A stretch of 64,000 nucleotides of DNA from Patescibacteria group bacterium (GCA_028716485.1 JAQUPS010000002.1:43013-107012), one strand, 5' to 3'. Counted from the stretch's first letter, positions 18,446 through 28,481 are shown. Made by a program: numbers and translations. The notes: generated by a model not told the origin, from the sequence alone.

Positions 18446-20209
18446 TTATTCCTGGATCACACGGTAAACCTCCTCCAATGTCGTCAGGCCTTGCAAAGCT
18501 TTAATGATGCCGTCTTCCTTAATGGTAATGAATTCCTGGCTGGCCCGGATGGCGTCTTCGCGGATGATTACTTTGGGATTTAAGATCATTTCCTGAATCT
18601 TCTCATTGACGTCGATAATTTCCAAAATGGCAAGACGACCCTGATAGCCGGTATTCTTGCAATGCACGCAGCCCTGGCCTTTATAAAAAAAGGACTGGTC
18701 GATATCTTTGAGAGTTTTAATGCCTTTCAGCCTTTCTTGCAACATATAGGGAGGAACTTTGGCCAGTTCGCTTTTCACCTGTTCGATAACTTCCGGCGCG
18801 ACCTTGATGTTTTGCTTGCAGTTCAGACAGATTCTGCGAGCCAATCTTTGCGCCACCATTGATTTGAGCGTCGAGGCCAGCAAAAACGGCTCGACTTTCA
18901 TATCCACCAAACGCGGCACGACATCCATCGCGCTGTTGGTATGCAGAGTGGATAAAACGAAGTGGCCGGTCAAGCCGGCATTGACGCAGAGCTCGGCCGA
19001 TTCATTATCTCTGATTTCGCCGACCATCACCACGTCCGGATCCTGGCGCAAAATTGAGCGCAAGCCGTTGGCGAAAGTGTAGCCGATATCCGGCTTGATC
19101 TGCGATTGATTGGTGCCTTTGACGAAATATTCAATCGGGTCTTCCAGCGTGACAATATTGATTTCTTCGCGGTTAAGAATATTCAAAACGGCGGCCAGCG
19201 TCGTGGATTTTCCCGAGCCGGTCGGACCGGTTATCAGAAACAGCCCAAAAGTTTTCTTGATGGTTTTTAGGATGATCCCCATGGCGTGATCGTCGTAGCC
19301 CAGCTCTTCCAGAGTCGGAATTCCCCGGCCCAAATCCAAGACTCTCATCACCACTTTCTCTTCGCCCAAGAGCGGCATGACGGAAATGCGGAAGTCGATC
19401 TCTTTTTTATTGATCAGCAGGCGGATGCGGCCGTCCTGGGGAATTCTGGTTTCGTCCAATTTTAATTTGGCCAGAACTTTTATTCTGCCCACCACCGCGT
19501 TATGGATGCTTTTGGGCAAAATCAGCGAAGTTCTCAATAAGCCGTCGATGCGGTATCTGACTCTGGTTTCCTGCGGCAGCGGCTCGATGTGGATATCGCT
19601 GGCCTTTTCCTCGACCGCGTGCCTGATGATCACCGAAACAATCTTGGCCACCGGCGCGCTGCTGACGCTTTCTTCCATCAGCTCCTCGGTTTGGCCTTCC
19701 TCGATTTGCTCCAATTCGCCGGCCTCCCTGGCTTTGCTTTCCAGCGCCGTGGAAATTTCTTTCTGCAAATTCCGGTACTGATTGAAAATGTTATTCAAAT
19801 TCTCCTCGGAAATAAGGTAAAACTCGACCGTCAGATTCTGCTCATTGGCCAAGAAATTCACCGCCTCAATGGCCCGCGAATTATAAGGGTCGATCAGGCC
19901 GACCTTGATCTTCTTGCCGGTTTTTTCAAAACAAGCGATTCTATAATTCTGCGCCGCTTCAAAAGGAATTATACTCAAGGCCTCTTCGGTAACCGAAACA
20001 TTCTTGATATCGCGATAGGTCATTCCGGCCAATTCGGCTTTAAGAGCGACAATTTCCTCGGCGCTTAAAATTTTTCCTTCAATCAATAAATCATCCGGAG
20101 TTTTCTCCGTCTCCGCCAGCGCGCTCTCCAGCTCAGCCTCTTTGCCCCCGGTAATAATTTTTTTGGCGACTAATAAATCCAGAAATTCTTTTCCTTTCTC
20201 ATTTAGCAT
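18446..20209 (-). CDS. pilB: type IV pilus assembly ATPase PilB (GspE family)
   Basis: 587 aa with Walker A GPTGSGKSTT, N-terminal GSPII-like domains, and the tetracysteine motif CLNC...CVHC. Confidence 0.95.
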   Translation of the reverse strand: MLNEKGKEFLDLLVAKKIITGGKEAELESALAETEKTPDDLLIEGKILSAEEIVALKAELAGMTYRDIKNVSVTEEALSIIPFEAAQNYRIACFEKTGKKIKVGLIDPYNSRAIEAVNFLANEQNLTVEFYLISEENLNNIFNQYRNLQKEISTALESKAREAGELEQIEEGQTEELMEESVSSAPVAKIVSVIIRHAVEEKASDIHIEPLPQETRVRYRIDGLLRTSLILPKSIHNAVVGRIKVLAKLKLDETRIPQDGRIRLLINKKEIDFRISVMPLLGEEKVVMRVLDLGRGIPTLEELGYDDHAMGIILKTIKKTFGLFLITGPTGSGKSTTLAAVLNILNREEINIVTLEDPIEYFVKGTNQSQIKPDIGYTFANGLRSILRQDPDVVMVGEIRDNESAELCVNAGLTGHFVLSTLHTNSAMDVVPRLVDMKVEPFLLASTLKSMVAQRLARRICLNCKQNIKVAPEVIEQVKSELAKVPPYMLQERLKGIKTLKDIDQSFFYKGQGCVHCKNTGYQGRLAILEIIDVNEKIQEMILNPKVIIREDAIRASQEFITIKEDGIIKALQGLTTLEEVYRVIQE

Positions 20210-20263
20210 AATTTAAAAAAATGGGCGATTAACGCCTTGCTGAGGCTTTCGCCGACCCTGATT

Positions 20264-20554
20264 TTATTGCGGCTCGAAAGGATTTCTTTTTCCGCTTTGA
20301 AAACTTTGCGTCGGCGCCACTTCCGATCTCAGATTTAAAAATTTATCATTGCTGAATAGATCAAGATTCATGTTTATCGCGCCATTATTCAAAAAAACGC
20401 TTTTGGATTGCCCGGTAATCACGTTCATTTCGCTCAAATCAAACGGTGTTATCGATGCCTGGCGAAAAAAATAAAAAAAGAAAATAACCACCAGGGCAAG
20501 GATTGCCGAATAAATGATTATTTGATAATTGCGGGGAATTTTTATAATTACCAT
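20264..20554 (-). CDS. small membrane-anchored pilus-operon protein (PilP-like position)
   Basis: The start MVIIKIPRNYQIIIYSAILALVVIFFF lies 1 nt after the pilO-like stop. It has a single N-terminal TM span. Confidence 0.5.
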   Translation of the reverse strand: MVIIKIPRNYQIIIYSAILALVVIFFFYFFRQASITPFDLSEMNVITGQSKSVFLNNGAINMNLDLFSNDKFLNLRSEVAPTQSFQSGKRNPFEPQ

Positions 20555-20555
20555 A

Positions 20556-21206
20556 TTAATATTTCGAATAATAAGTATTAATAGTGAAGCTGGTGCTGCC
20601 GGCATTCGGCGTGAAGCTGATGTTCAAGACATCCATCAAGCGCAGATTATTCTCTAAAGCGGTCAGAAAATTCTTATAGGTCTCGTAGTTTTTTATTCCC
20701 GCGACCGACAAAGTGACAGTTACCGTTTGCAGGCTGTCGGCGATCTTCTGCTGTTCCGGAGAAATTGGCAGCAAGCCAAAATCCTGATAACCGTCGTTGA
20801 CGCTCAAGCTGACTGATTGCAGAAAAAGCTGATTGACCGAAACCAAATAATTCAATTCCGAAAATAATTCTTCTTTGTTTTGGACGGCCGGAGCGATTGC
20901 GTTGACTTTATCAACATATTTTTTATCGATGTTTTTGTAGGCGGCGATCAGCTGCTCGGTTTTATTCAGCTCGTCGAGCTTGGCCGAAGTATCTGAAACC
21001 TGCTGCTGATTGACAATTCTGATATAATTAACGGCTTGTTCGTATTTCGGCAGCAGCAAAGCAAAGAAGCCGAAAAGAAAAACCACGGCCACAATACCGG
21101 CGACAATCCAATTGAAATAATCGCTGAGAAATATATTGAACTGCTTGGTGCGGATCTTTTTTTCTTCAATATCCTCTTCGATTTCTTCGCTGTTTTTTCG
21201 CGCCAT
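20556..21206 (-). CDS. pilO: PilO-like pilus assembly protein
   Basis: 216 aa with an N-terminal TM span, a coiled coil and a C-terminal alpha/beta region. Its position between the PilN-like gene and the small membrane gene supports the call. Confidence 0.6.
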   Translation of the reverse strand: MARKNSEEIEEDIEEKKIRTKQFNIFLSDYFNWIVAGIVAVVFLFGFFALLLPKYEQAVNYIRIVNQQQVSDTSAKLDELNKTEQLIAAYKNIDKKYVDKVNAIAPAVQNKEELFSELNYLVSVNQLFLQSVSLSVNDGYQDFGLLPISPEQQKIADSLQTVTVTLSVAGIKNYETYKNFLTALENNLRLMDVLNISFTPNAGSTSFTINTYYSKY

Positions 21207-21262
21207 ATTATTTCAGGAAACAGGTATCAAGTATCCATGCTACCTGCTATCTGTTCTAATGT

Positions 21263-22153
21263 TCACTTTAAAAATATTTTCGGGTCAATGGCGAACGACA
21301 GGTTGAAGGTGATGACCGGTTTGCCGCTTTCCCCGCCCACTGTCCCGGAATTGACTTCGGCTTTTTCAATATACGGATTAACCAGAAGTTTTTTTATTTG
21401 CGCGTCAATCGCGTCAAGGCTGTTGGTGGTCGCCGACAAGCCATAAGTGCCGTTAACCGTGCCGCTAAAGGAAGAAAAATAGACATTGGATAAAGTATTA
21501 TCTTCCAGGAAACTGAAAAAATTAGTCCAATAGATGTGCCGCTCAAGCAAAAAATTCACCTGGTCAAGCTTGGTTTTGAAAACCAAAACCTCGTTAACTT
21601 GCGGACTGAGATCTTTTATCTGCTTGCTGATTTTGTAATATTGCTGGAGATAATTGCTGCCTTGCGCGTTCTGATTATTAGATCCCCACCAGGATATCCC
21701 CCAATATATTCCGCTCAAAACCGCCAGAGTGATAAAAACGGCGATCAAGAGAACCAAGATCCCCCTCTGCCAATCGAAATATTTGACTATCTCGCCTTTA
21801 ACCAGATTAACTTCCAAAACCCGGGAAGGATTTTTGTCGATCGCCGTCCTCGCGCCGGACTTGAAAAAATCGGCGAGCCGGCTGATCAGGTTCGATTTTT
21901 TCTTCGTTACCGATTCTATCGGGGGGGTATTCCTATCTTGCGGCGTTGCTTCATCCGCCATTTTTACCGCCGCCTTTTCGCCCGGCTTCCTCGGCTCCAA
22001 ATTTTTAAAAAAATCAAAATTACCGCCTTTGCCGGCTTCCTCGCCTTCAACGTCGCTGACGGGCAGCTTGCGCGCGAACTCAATCTTCTTTTCCGCTTCC
22101 GCATCCTGCCCGTTGTTTTGATCATTCTTTTGTCCGAAAGAAAAAATCGCCAT
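21263..22153 (-). CDS. pilN: PilN-like pilus assembly protein with a long disordered N-terminus
   Basis: 296 aa with one TM span (ILVLLIAVFITLAVLSGIYWGI). It lies directly downstream of pilM. Confidence 0.6.
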   Translation of the reverse strand: MAIFSFGQKNDQNNGQDAEAEKKIEFARKLPVSDVEGEEAGKGGNFDFFKNLEPRKPGEKAAVKMADEATPQDRNTPPIESVTKKKSNLISRLADFFKSGARTAIDKNPSRVLEVNLVKGEIVKYFDWQRGILVLLIAVFITLAVLSGIYWGISWWGSNNQNAQGSNYLQQYYKISKQIKDLSPQVNEVLVFKTKLDQVNFLLERHIYWTNFFSFLEDNTLSNVYFSSFSGTVNGTYGLSATTNSLDAIDAQIKKLLVNPYIEKAEVNSGTVGGESGKPVITFNLSFAIDPKIFLK

Positions 22154-22163
22154 AAAATATAAT

Positions 22164-22316
22164 AAATCCTAAATTCTAAACTCTAAATCCGAAACAAATC
22201 TAAAATTCTAAGCATTAAATTCAAAACAGATCCTAATAAAAAAATAGGACATTAATTTGGGGACTCCGACTGTTTTGGATTTTGGATTTCATATTTCGAA
22301 TTTGTTTAGGATTTAG
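22164..22316. repeat. about 150-bp AT-rich palindromic intergenic element (family copy 2)
   Basis: aaatcctaaattctaaactctaaatccgaaacaaatc ... gaatttgtttaggatttagcc. Its left arm resembles the reverse complement of the right arm of 18289-18443, and vice versa. Confidence 0.75.
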
Positions 22317-22410
22317 CCTGCCGGCAGGCAAGGATTTCGTGCTTCGAATTTAATTATTTTGTCGTCAGCCGGCTGATTCACGAACGCCAAATATCTTACT
22401 TCTAAAATAA

Positions 22411-23454
22411 TCAGGATAACTCTCGCAGCGCCGCGCCGATGGCTACCGCGAAACCCGGTCCGATTTCCGCCAAGATCGGCTTTAATTCCGGCTGATAAGA
22501 AATTCTCGCCCAAGGATCGCCGGCAATGACGTTCAAATTAAGCTTTTCCGACAAATAGGAAGTAAAATTGGGAAGTAGGGCCGAACCGCCTGATAAAATA
22601 ATTTTTTCCACCTTGGCCTCGTTCTTGTTCTGATATAAATTCACCAGATATTTGATTTCCTCGATCATCGGCGCCGTGGCGCTGGCGATCGTTTTGGGGA
22701 TAACATCGCCGCTGCTCTGGCTGCCGGCAATCCCCATATCGCGTTTGAATTGCTCCGCTCGCTCCAAGCTGATATTCAGCGCGGTCGCGATCGCCTTGCT
22801 GATCGTCTTGCCACCGATATCCAGACTGCGCGACAGCACCGGAATGCCTTCTTTTATTATAAAGATGTCGGTGTTAACCGCGCCGATCTCGGCTATCATC
22901 AGGGTTGATTTATCCGCGCCGACCAGAGCCCTGATCAGGGCGAAAGTTTCCGGCTCCAGATTGGTCAGATTGACCATGGTCTTGCGGAAAATATTCACGT
23001 ATCTTTTCACCAAATTTTTCGGCGAACCGGTGAGCAGGATCATCGTGTTATTTTTTTCCTTATCCTTGCTGCTGCCGATAATTTTCCAATCCAGGATCAT
23101 TTCTTCCAGGGGCAAGGGAATGAATTTTTTCGCTTCCCATTCCACGGCCGCGGCCATTCCATTCTTGTCCACGTTGCGCAAAGTGATGATGGAAGAAAAA
23201 ACCGAAAAGGCCGGCAAAGTCGCCACCGCCATATCGGTGGTGGCTTCCATTTTTTTATAAATTTTATCGATTACTTTGACGACGTATTCGGTGTTTTTAG
23301 TCCAACCGTCTCCGGCAGCCTCTTTGATATTTTCGCTATACCCGTAAGAAACCAGTTCGATCCTGCCCTGTCTTTTTTCCAGCTCCACCATCTTGATCGC
23401 CGAAGCTCCGATATCCACGCCGATGAAAGCGTTGTTTGATGAAAATAATGCCAT
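22411..23454 (-). CDS. pilM: type IV pilus assembly protein PilM (actin-like ATPase fold)
   Basis: 347 aa with IGVDIGASAIKMVEL and ILSGGSALLP motifs. Confidence 0.9.
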   Translation of the reverse strand: MALFSSNNAFIGVDIGASAIKMVELEKRQGRIELVSYGYSENIKEAAGDGWTKNTEYVVKVIDKIYKKMEATTDMAVATLPAFSVFSSIITLRNVDKNGMAAAVEWEAKKFIPLPLEEMILDWKIIGSSKDKEKNNTMILLTGSPKNLVKRYVNIFRKTMVNLTNLEPETFALIRALVGADKSTLMIAEIGAVNTDIFIIKEGIPVLSRSLDIGGKTISKAIATALNISLERAEQFKRDMGIAGSQSSGDVIPKTIASATAPMIEEIKYLVNLYQNKNEAKVEKIILSGGSALLPNFTSYLSEKLNLNVIAGDPWARISYQPELKPILAEIGPGFAVAIGAALRELS

Positions 23455-23631
23455 ATTTAAATTTTTTGAAAAATTGATATAACAGCGAATATGCCGTATA
23501 ATGTATTATAGCATAGTCCTCTTAAAATTATAACATAAAAAAAAGAATCTTGATAATCGGGCATTGGGGAAAAGCCGGGCCGCAAACATATTCCAATGTT
23601 CTAATGCTTCAAGATTCAAATATTTAATAAT

Positions 23632-24864
23632 ATGATGAACTTTTTCGCTAAATACCAACGCGTCTTTATTATTATCGGATTTCTGATTTTGGTCGCTGCT
23701 TTGGGCTATCTGCTTTATTTTCTTTTTGTCAAACCGACTCTGGCTCCGGCTCCGGCGCCAGGCCCGACTGCTACTACCACTACCGGAAAACTTCCCCCGT
23801 CCGGCACTGGCGCGCCGGTTACTCCGATTGCCACTACCGGCCCGGGCATTATCCCAAGCGCGGCGAATAAGCCGGCCGCCATTGCTTCGGGCGGCATCAC
23901 CCGAGCGCCGGCCATCAATGACAACACAGCGGTTAATCCGACTTTAAGCGCCAACGGTTCCGGCATCCAATATTATAATCAAAACGACGGAAAATTTTAT
24001 CGGGTTGACGCCAGCGGCAATGCCAGCGCGCTTTCCGACCAGGTGTTTTACAACGTCAGCAATGTAGTTTGGGCTCCGCAAAAAGACAAAGCGATTATTG
24101 AATATCCAGACAACTCCAAGATTCTTTATAATTTCGATACTGAAAAACAAATCACCTTGCCCAGCCATTGGCAGGATTTTGATTTTTCCGCCAACGGTTC
24201 CCAAATCGTGCTGAAGAGCATGAATGTCGACACGGAAAATAATTATCTGGCCGTGGCCAATGATGACGGCACGGGCGGTAAATTAATCGAGCAGATCGGC
24301 GCCAATGCCGACACAGTTTACGATTCCTGGTCGCCCAATAACCAGACCATCGCCATGTACACGCAGGGGGTGGATTTGGACCGCCAGGAAGTTTTCTTTG
24401 TCGGCCAAAACGGCGAAAATTTCAAATCAACGATTGTGGAAGGCCGCGGCTTCGAACCGCAATGGTCAACGGCCGGCGATCAGCTGGCCTACAGCGTTTA
24501 TTCCACGGCCACTGATTTGAAGCCGGAATTATGGGCGGTTGACGCGCAAGGCGATTCGATCGGCGCCAACCGGCGGGATCTGGGAATACAAACCTGGGCT
24601 TCCAAATGCGTTTTCGCCAATGACACGACGATGTATTGCGGCGTGCCGCAGAGCCTGGACACCGGCGCCGGCCTTTTCCCGGAAATGGCGCAAAATACCG
24701 CGGACAATCTTTATCAAATCAACATCCAGACCGGAGAGAAAAAATTGATCGCCGTTCCGGACGGCAATTATAATATGTCCAATCTCGTGGTTGCCAACAA
24801 CGGCAACTCGCTGTATTTCCAGGACAGCAATACGAAACTTGTGCATAAAGTTCAATTGAAATAG
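23632..24864 (+). CDS. membrane-anchored TolB-like beta-propeller (PD40-repeat) protein
   Basis: 410 aa. It has an N-terminal TM span, then a Pro/Thr-rich linker, then repeated motifs of the SWSPNNQTIAMY / PQWSTAGDQLAYSV type. Confidence 0.55.
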   Translation: MMNFFAKYQRVFIIIGFLILVAALGYLLYFLFVKPTLAPAPAPGPTATTTTGKLPPSGTGAPVTPIATTGPGIIPSAANKPAAIASGGITRAPAINDNTAVNPTLSANGSGIQYYNQNDGKFYRVDASGNASALSDQVFYNVSNVVWAPQKDKAIIEYPDNSKILYNFDTEKQITLPSHWQDFDFSANGSQIVLKSMNVDTENNYLAVANDDGTGGKLIEQIGANADTVYDSWSPNNQTIAMYTQGVDLDRQEVFFVGQNGENFKSTIVEGRGFEPQWSTAGDQLAYSVYSTATDLKPELWAVDAQGDSIGANRRDLGIQTWASKCVFANDTTMYCGVPQSLDTGAGLFPEMAQNTADNLYQINIQTGEKKLIAVPDGNYNMSNLVVANNGNSLYFQDSNTKLVHKVQLK

Positions 24865-24878
24865 ACAGTTATCATATA

Positions 24879-24919
24879 GCAGGTAACAGGTATCATGCTA
24901 CTTGCTACCTGTTACCTGC
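24879..24919. other. perfect 14-bp-stem hairpin abutting the comF start codon
   Basis: gcaggtaacaggta-N13-tacctgttacctgc ends 1 nt before the ATG at 24921. A related motif, aacaggtatca..tgctacctgct, occurs at 21212-21258. Confidence 0.7.
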
Positions 24920-24920
24920 C

Positions 24921-25634
24921 ATGAATTATGAACTTTTAAAACGTAAATTATTAAATGTTCTTTTTCCCATCGACTGCGCCGGCTGCGGCAAGGAAGACGA
25001 ATGGCTCTGCCAAGATTGCCTGTTAAAACTGCCGCTGGGAAGAAAGGCGGATTGCTTTTTCTGCGAAAAAGAAAATCAATCGGGAATGACCTGCCCGGCC
25101 TGCGCCGCCAATCATAATTTGGACGGTGTTTTTGTTTGCGCCGATTATTCCGACCGGATTGTCAGCGGACTGATCAAAAAACTTAAATATTCTTTTGCCC
25201 GCGAATTAGGCGAAGTACTCGCTGAAATAGCTTGCCGCTATTGGAAGAAAATAGCTGATGAAGATAGGTTTGGCAAATTATCTCCGCAAAAATTCATCAT
25301 AACGCCAATCCCCTTGCATAAGAAAAGATACAATTGGCGCGGCTTCAACCAGGCGGAAATAATCGCGCGCTATTTCGCCGATCGCCAAAATTTTGCTTAT
25401 CAAGACGCGCTCGTCCGCGTCAAACATAAAACCCCGCAAGCCAGATTGGGCGGCGCGGAGCGAAGAGAAAATATCGCCGGCTGCTTTGCCGCCCACGGCG
25501 AAAATCTGACCGGCAAAAAAATTTTATTAATCGACGATGTTGCCACCACCGGCTCCACTCTCGACGAAGCCGCCCGCGTTTTGAAATCCGCCGGCGCCTC
25601 CAAAGTCTGGGGTTTGGTCATTGCCAAAGGCTGA
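24921..25634 (+). CDS. comF: ComF-family competence protein (phosphoribosyltransferase domain)
   Basis: 237 aa with an N-terminal double CxxC zinc finger (CAGCG...CQDC...CFFC...CPAC) and a C-terminal PRTase motif ILLIDDVATTGST. Confidence 0.85.
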   Translation: MNYELLKRKLLNVLFPIDCAGCGKEDEWLCQDCLLKLPLGRKADCFFCEKENQSGMTCPACAANHNLDGVFVCADYSDRIVSGLIKKLKYSFARELGEVLAEIACRYWKKIADEDRFGKLSPQKFIITPIPLHKKRYNWRGFNQAEIIARYFADRQNFAYQDALVRVKHKTPQARLGGAERRENIAGCFAAHGENLTGKKILLIDDVATTGSTLDEAARVLKSAGASKVWGLVIAKG

Positions 25635-25656
25635 AAATTCCAAAATTTCTCAACAA

Positions 25657-25688
25657 AAAATATCCGCTTCTGGCGGATATTTTATTTT
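25657..25688 (+). terminator. rho-independent terminator after comF
   Basis: aaaatatccgc-ttctg-gcggatatttt followed by a T-run. It marks the transition to AT-richer DNA. Confidence 0.7.
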
Positions 25689-25751
25689 CAGCACGGGGAG
25701 AGCTCTTCGAACCGAAATATTTTATTTAAAATTAGCTAATTTAAATATTGA

Positions 25752-26921
25752 CTAACTAATAATAAACTTATTAAAATGCTCTAGGATTTTTCTTGATACA
25801 TTATTCCATAAATATTGATTAAAATCAACAAATTTGACATTTTTATTCTCGTTAATTACTAATATTTTTTCCAATGAATCTTTAATAGCTTCGATCGATC
25901 CGGGACAAATTACTGTTAAGCCATCATAATCCCGCAATACGTCAATTGATCCAGTGACATCTGTGGTGACAACCGTCTTGCCTAAAAAAGCTGCCTGTAA
26001 ATTCACCATGCCAAAAGGCTCATATAAAGAAGGGGTTACAACACAGTCAGCAATATTAAAAACGGAGGACATATCCATCTGATTAACGTGTCCTAAAAAA
26101 TAAAACGATTTTTTATGAATATTATTTTCTAAAAGCGTATTTATTGAACGCCAATAATTTTTATCTTCTAGAGAACCTGCGATAACAACAATAAAATCGT
26201 AATTTCCCAGCAATTGTAAGGCTGCATTGACTAAATAAATCAATCCTTTTTGAGGAACAATCCTACCGGCATAAAGAACAATTTTGGCGGATAACGGAAT
26301 CGATAATCGTTTCTTAAGATTATCATTGGCAATTGCGTTATCAATTTTAAAATTTTCTTTATCTATGCCTCCCGTTATAGTAACAATTTTTTCGGAGTTT
26401 ATATGATAAAGACTGCGAACTTCCATGGCCATAACGCTAGATTTTACAAATATCAATTTAGCATATTGCATGCAGCGTTTTTCAAGGTAAACAAGAATAA
26501 AATGAATTATATTATTAAAAAATGATTTCTTAATTCCCTCCTCCCGCAAAGTTTTTCGCAGGCCGATCATCGTGCTTCTGGCAAAATAAAAGATTGGTAT
26601 CTTAATTTTTTTCATGTCAATCAAGCCAAACTCCAGAGACTGGATGTAAATCAAATCAAATTCTTGTAACCTAAATTTTTCTTTAATAAATCTTTTGAGT
26701 TTAAAATAATAAACAAAAAAACCAATGAGAGGAATTTTCATTATTGGCAAATAAATTGTTTTGATTCTCGAGTCGTAAAACTCGGCAATTTCAGGATTAC
26801 TATAACAATGTACTACGGTAACCGAATTGCCAAAATCCGCAAAAAACGTTGCCTCTTTGTAAGCGGCGTATCCCATGCCGTAACCAAAACCATACCGAGA
26901 TGTGAGCATTAATATTCTCAT
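25752..26921 (-). CDS. glycosyltransferase family 4 (GT-B, group 1)
   Basis: 389 aa with the C-terminal EPFGMVNLQAAFLGKTVV (E-x7-E) motif. Confidence 0.85.
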   Translation of the reverse strand: MRILMLTSRYGFGYGMGYAAYKEATFFADFGNSVTVVHCYSNPEIAEFYDSRIKTIYLPIMKIPLIGFFVYYFKLKRFIKEKFRLQEFDLIYIQSLEFGLIDMKKIKIPIFYFARSTMIGLRKTLREEGIKKSFFNNIIHFILVYLEKRCMQYAKLIFVKSSVMAMEVRSLYHINSEKIVTITGGIDKENFKIDNAIANDNLKKRLSIPLSAKIVLYAGRIVPQKGLIYLVNAALQLLGNYDFIVVIAGSLEDKNYWRSINTLLENNIHKKSFYFLGHVNQMDMSSVFNIADCVVTPSLYEPFGMVNLQAAFLGKTVVTTDVTGSIDVLRDYDGLTVICPGSIEAIKDSLEKILVINENKNVKFVDFNQYLWNNVSRKILEHFNKFIIS

Positions 26922-27595
26922 GGCTTTACAAAATGATCATAAACACAAAGAACGAATGATTCGGCTATTTCCGAAAGATTTTTAATAGGTAGTTGTTTTT
27001 TTGAAAGAAGTTTAGCTCTTCTAAGTTCAGGGAATGATTTGCAAAGCTTTTCGCCACATACCTTAGAATCTAACTCGAGATCACCGTGAAGATATAATAT
27101 TCCATATTGCAACTCACGCAGCCATCTGCTGTATTTTATTTCCCAAAATTCCACATCTTTATCGTTTAAATATACGGCCCTGCAACCCTGTGCTAAATCA
27201 ACGGCACGCTTGTAAATAGAATTTACAGTTATTTTTTCTTCTTTGATATTGCGCAGACAATCTTCGCCCCAGAGTAAAGCATTTCGCTGTTTAATCCAGA
27301 CAAAAAATGTCGGCGGCCTGAAAATGTGCCAGAGATTAAGAAACTCACTCTTAAAAACAATATTAATATCAAGCTTAAATTTTCTTTCCTTGGTACGAAT
27401 TATTTTAATTTTTTTAAAAAAGGCTTGACGATCTTTAATATCCTTAACTATAAATAAAACATCAATGTCACTTTTCTTATGAAAATTATTCGTTAGTATG
27501 CTTCCGTAAAGATAGGCTGATTTTATGCACTTAAATTTTTTAAAATTAACGCACAAATTTTTCTTAACATCTTCAATTAATAAAGTGTTGGGCAT
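26918..27595 (-). CDS. Pol-beta-superfamily nucleotidyltransferase-domain protein
   Basis: YLYGSILTNNFHKKSDIDVLFIV fits the G-S ... D-x-D NTase signature. There is a 4-nt overlap with the next gene. Confidence 0.65.
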   Translation of the reverse strand: MPNTLLIEDVKKNLCVNFKKFKCIKSAYLYGSILTNNFHKKSDIDVLFIVKDIKDRQAFFKKIKIIRTKERKFKLDINIVFKSEFLNLWHIFRPPTFFVWIKQRNALLWGEDCLRNIKEEKITVNSIYKRAVDLAQGCRAVYLNDKDVEFWEIKYSRWLRELQYGILYLHGDLELDSKVCGEKLCKSFPELRRAKLLSKKQLPIKNLSEIAESFVLCVYDHFVKP

Positions 27596-27602
27596 ATTTT
27601 TA

Positions 27603-28481
27603 TTAACTATTTAGACTTGCTTTATAATTTGCCAGATAAAAACTAGGAACAAAGCTGGCGGGACCATACTGACCTATGGGAGTATCTGTTTTTTTTCCAT
27701 GAAAATCAGAACCCCCAGTGTAATGGACCAATTTATCCATAGCTATTCTTTTTAATAAATCGATTTGCTCGGCGGCGGTATTATTGTGATAAACTTCGAT
27801 GCCGGTTAGCCCAATTCTGAGCAAATCATTAATCTCTGGCTCATTAAGCGGCCTAGTAACAACGCTTACAGAAACGAACGGATGAGCAATAATAAGATCT
27901 TGCGCAATGCCCTTAAATTTTTGTATCAGCCATTCAACCGTAACACCGCTTCTTTCTACTGCGCAAGATTTCCCCGGTGCCTGATATTCATAATAAACAT
28001 CTTCCGGAATAAACTGCTTGCCATATTTATTTAAAAAAAGGTTCTGATTAGCGCTGTTAGCGCAAACATCGAGGGCGACCGTCAGACTCACAGGTTGCTT
28101 TTCATTCGGACTTAATTCTGTAGAGACATTAAGTCCGGCCTCGCGAGAAAGATTAATTGTAACCTCCATTTCTTTTACTTTTTGGGAGCGCACAATCTCG
28201 TTGCGCTCTTTTATTATTTCCGCGACTAAATCAATTTTAAAATCATATGCCAAAACATGCACCTCGTTATCATTATATTTTGCAGTAAGCTCGGCAGCCG
28301 GAATAACTTTAATTCCAGAGCCTTTAAGAGCGTTTATCAGTTCTTGTATGCCATCAACACTATTATGATCGGCCAAGGCGCAGTATTCTAATTTTTTTTC
28401 TTTAATGATCAAAGCTATTTCTGGTACTGATAATTTGCCATCCGAATGAGCGGAGTGCAGATGTAAATCGAATCCGGACAT
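27603..28481 (-). CDS. PHP-domain metal-dependent phosphoesterase
   Basis: N-terminal DLHLHSAHSDG and C-terminal GGSDFHG motifs. Confidence 0.8.
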   Translation of the reverse strand: MSGFDLHLHSAHSDGKLSVPEIALIIKEKKLEYCALADHNSVDGIQELINALKGSGIKVIPAAELTAKYNDNEVHVLAYDFKIDLVAEIIKERNEIVRSQKVKEMEVTINLSREAGLNVSTELSPNEKQPVSLTVALDVCANSANQNLFLNKYGKQFIPEDVYYEYQAPGKSCAVERSGVTVEWLIQKFKGIAQDLIIAHPFVSVSVVTRPLNEPEINDLLRIGLTGIEVYHNNTAAEQIDLLKRIAMDKLVHYTGGSDFHGKKTDTPIGQYGPASFVPSFYLANYKASLNS

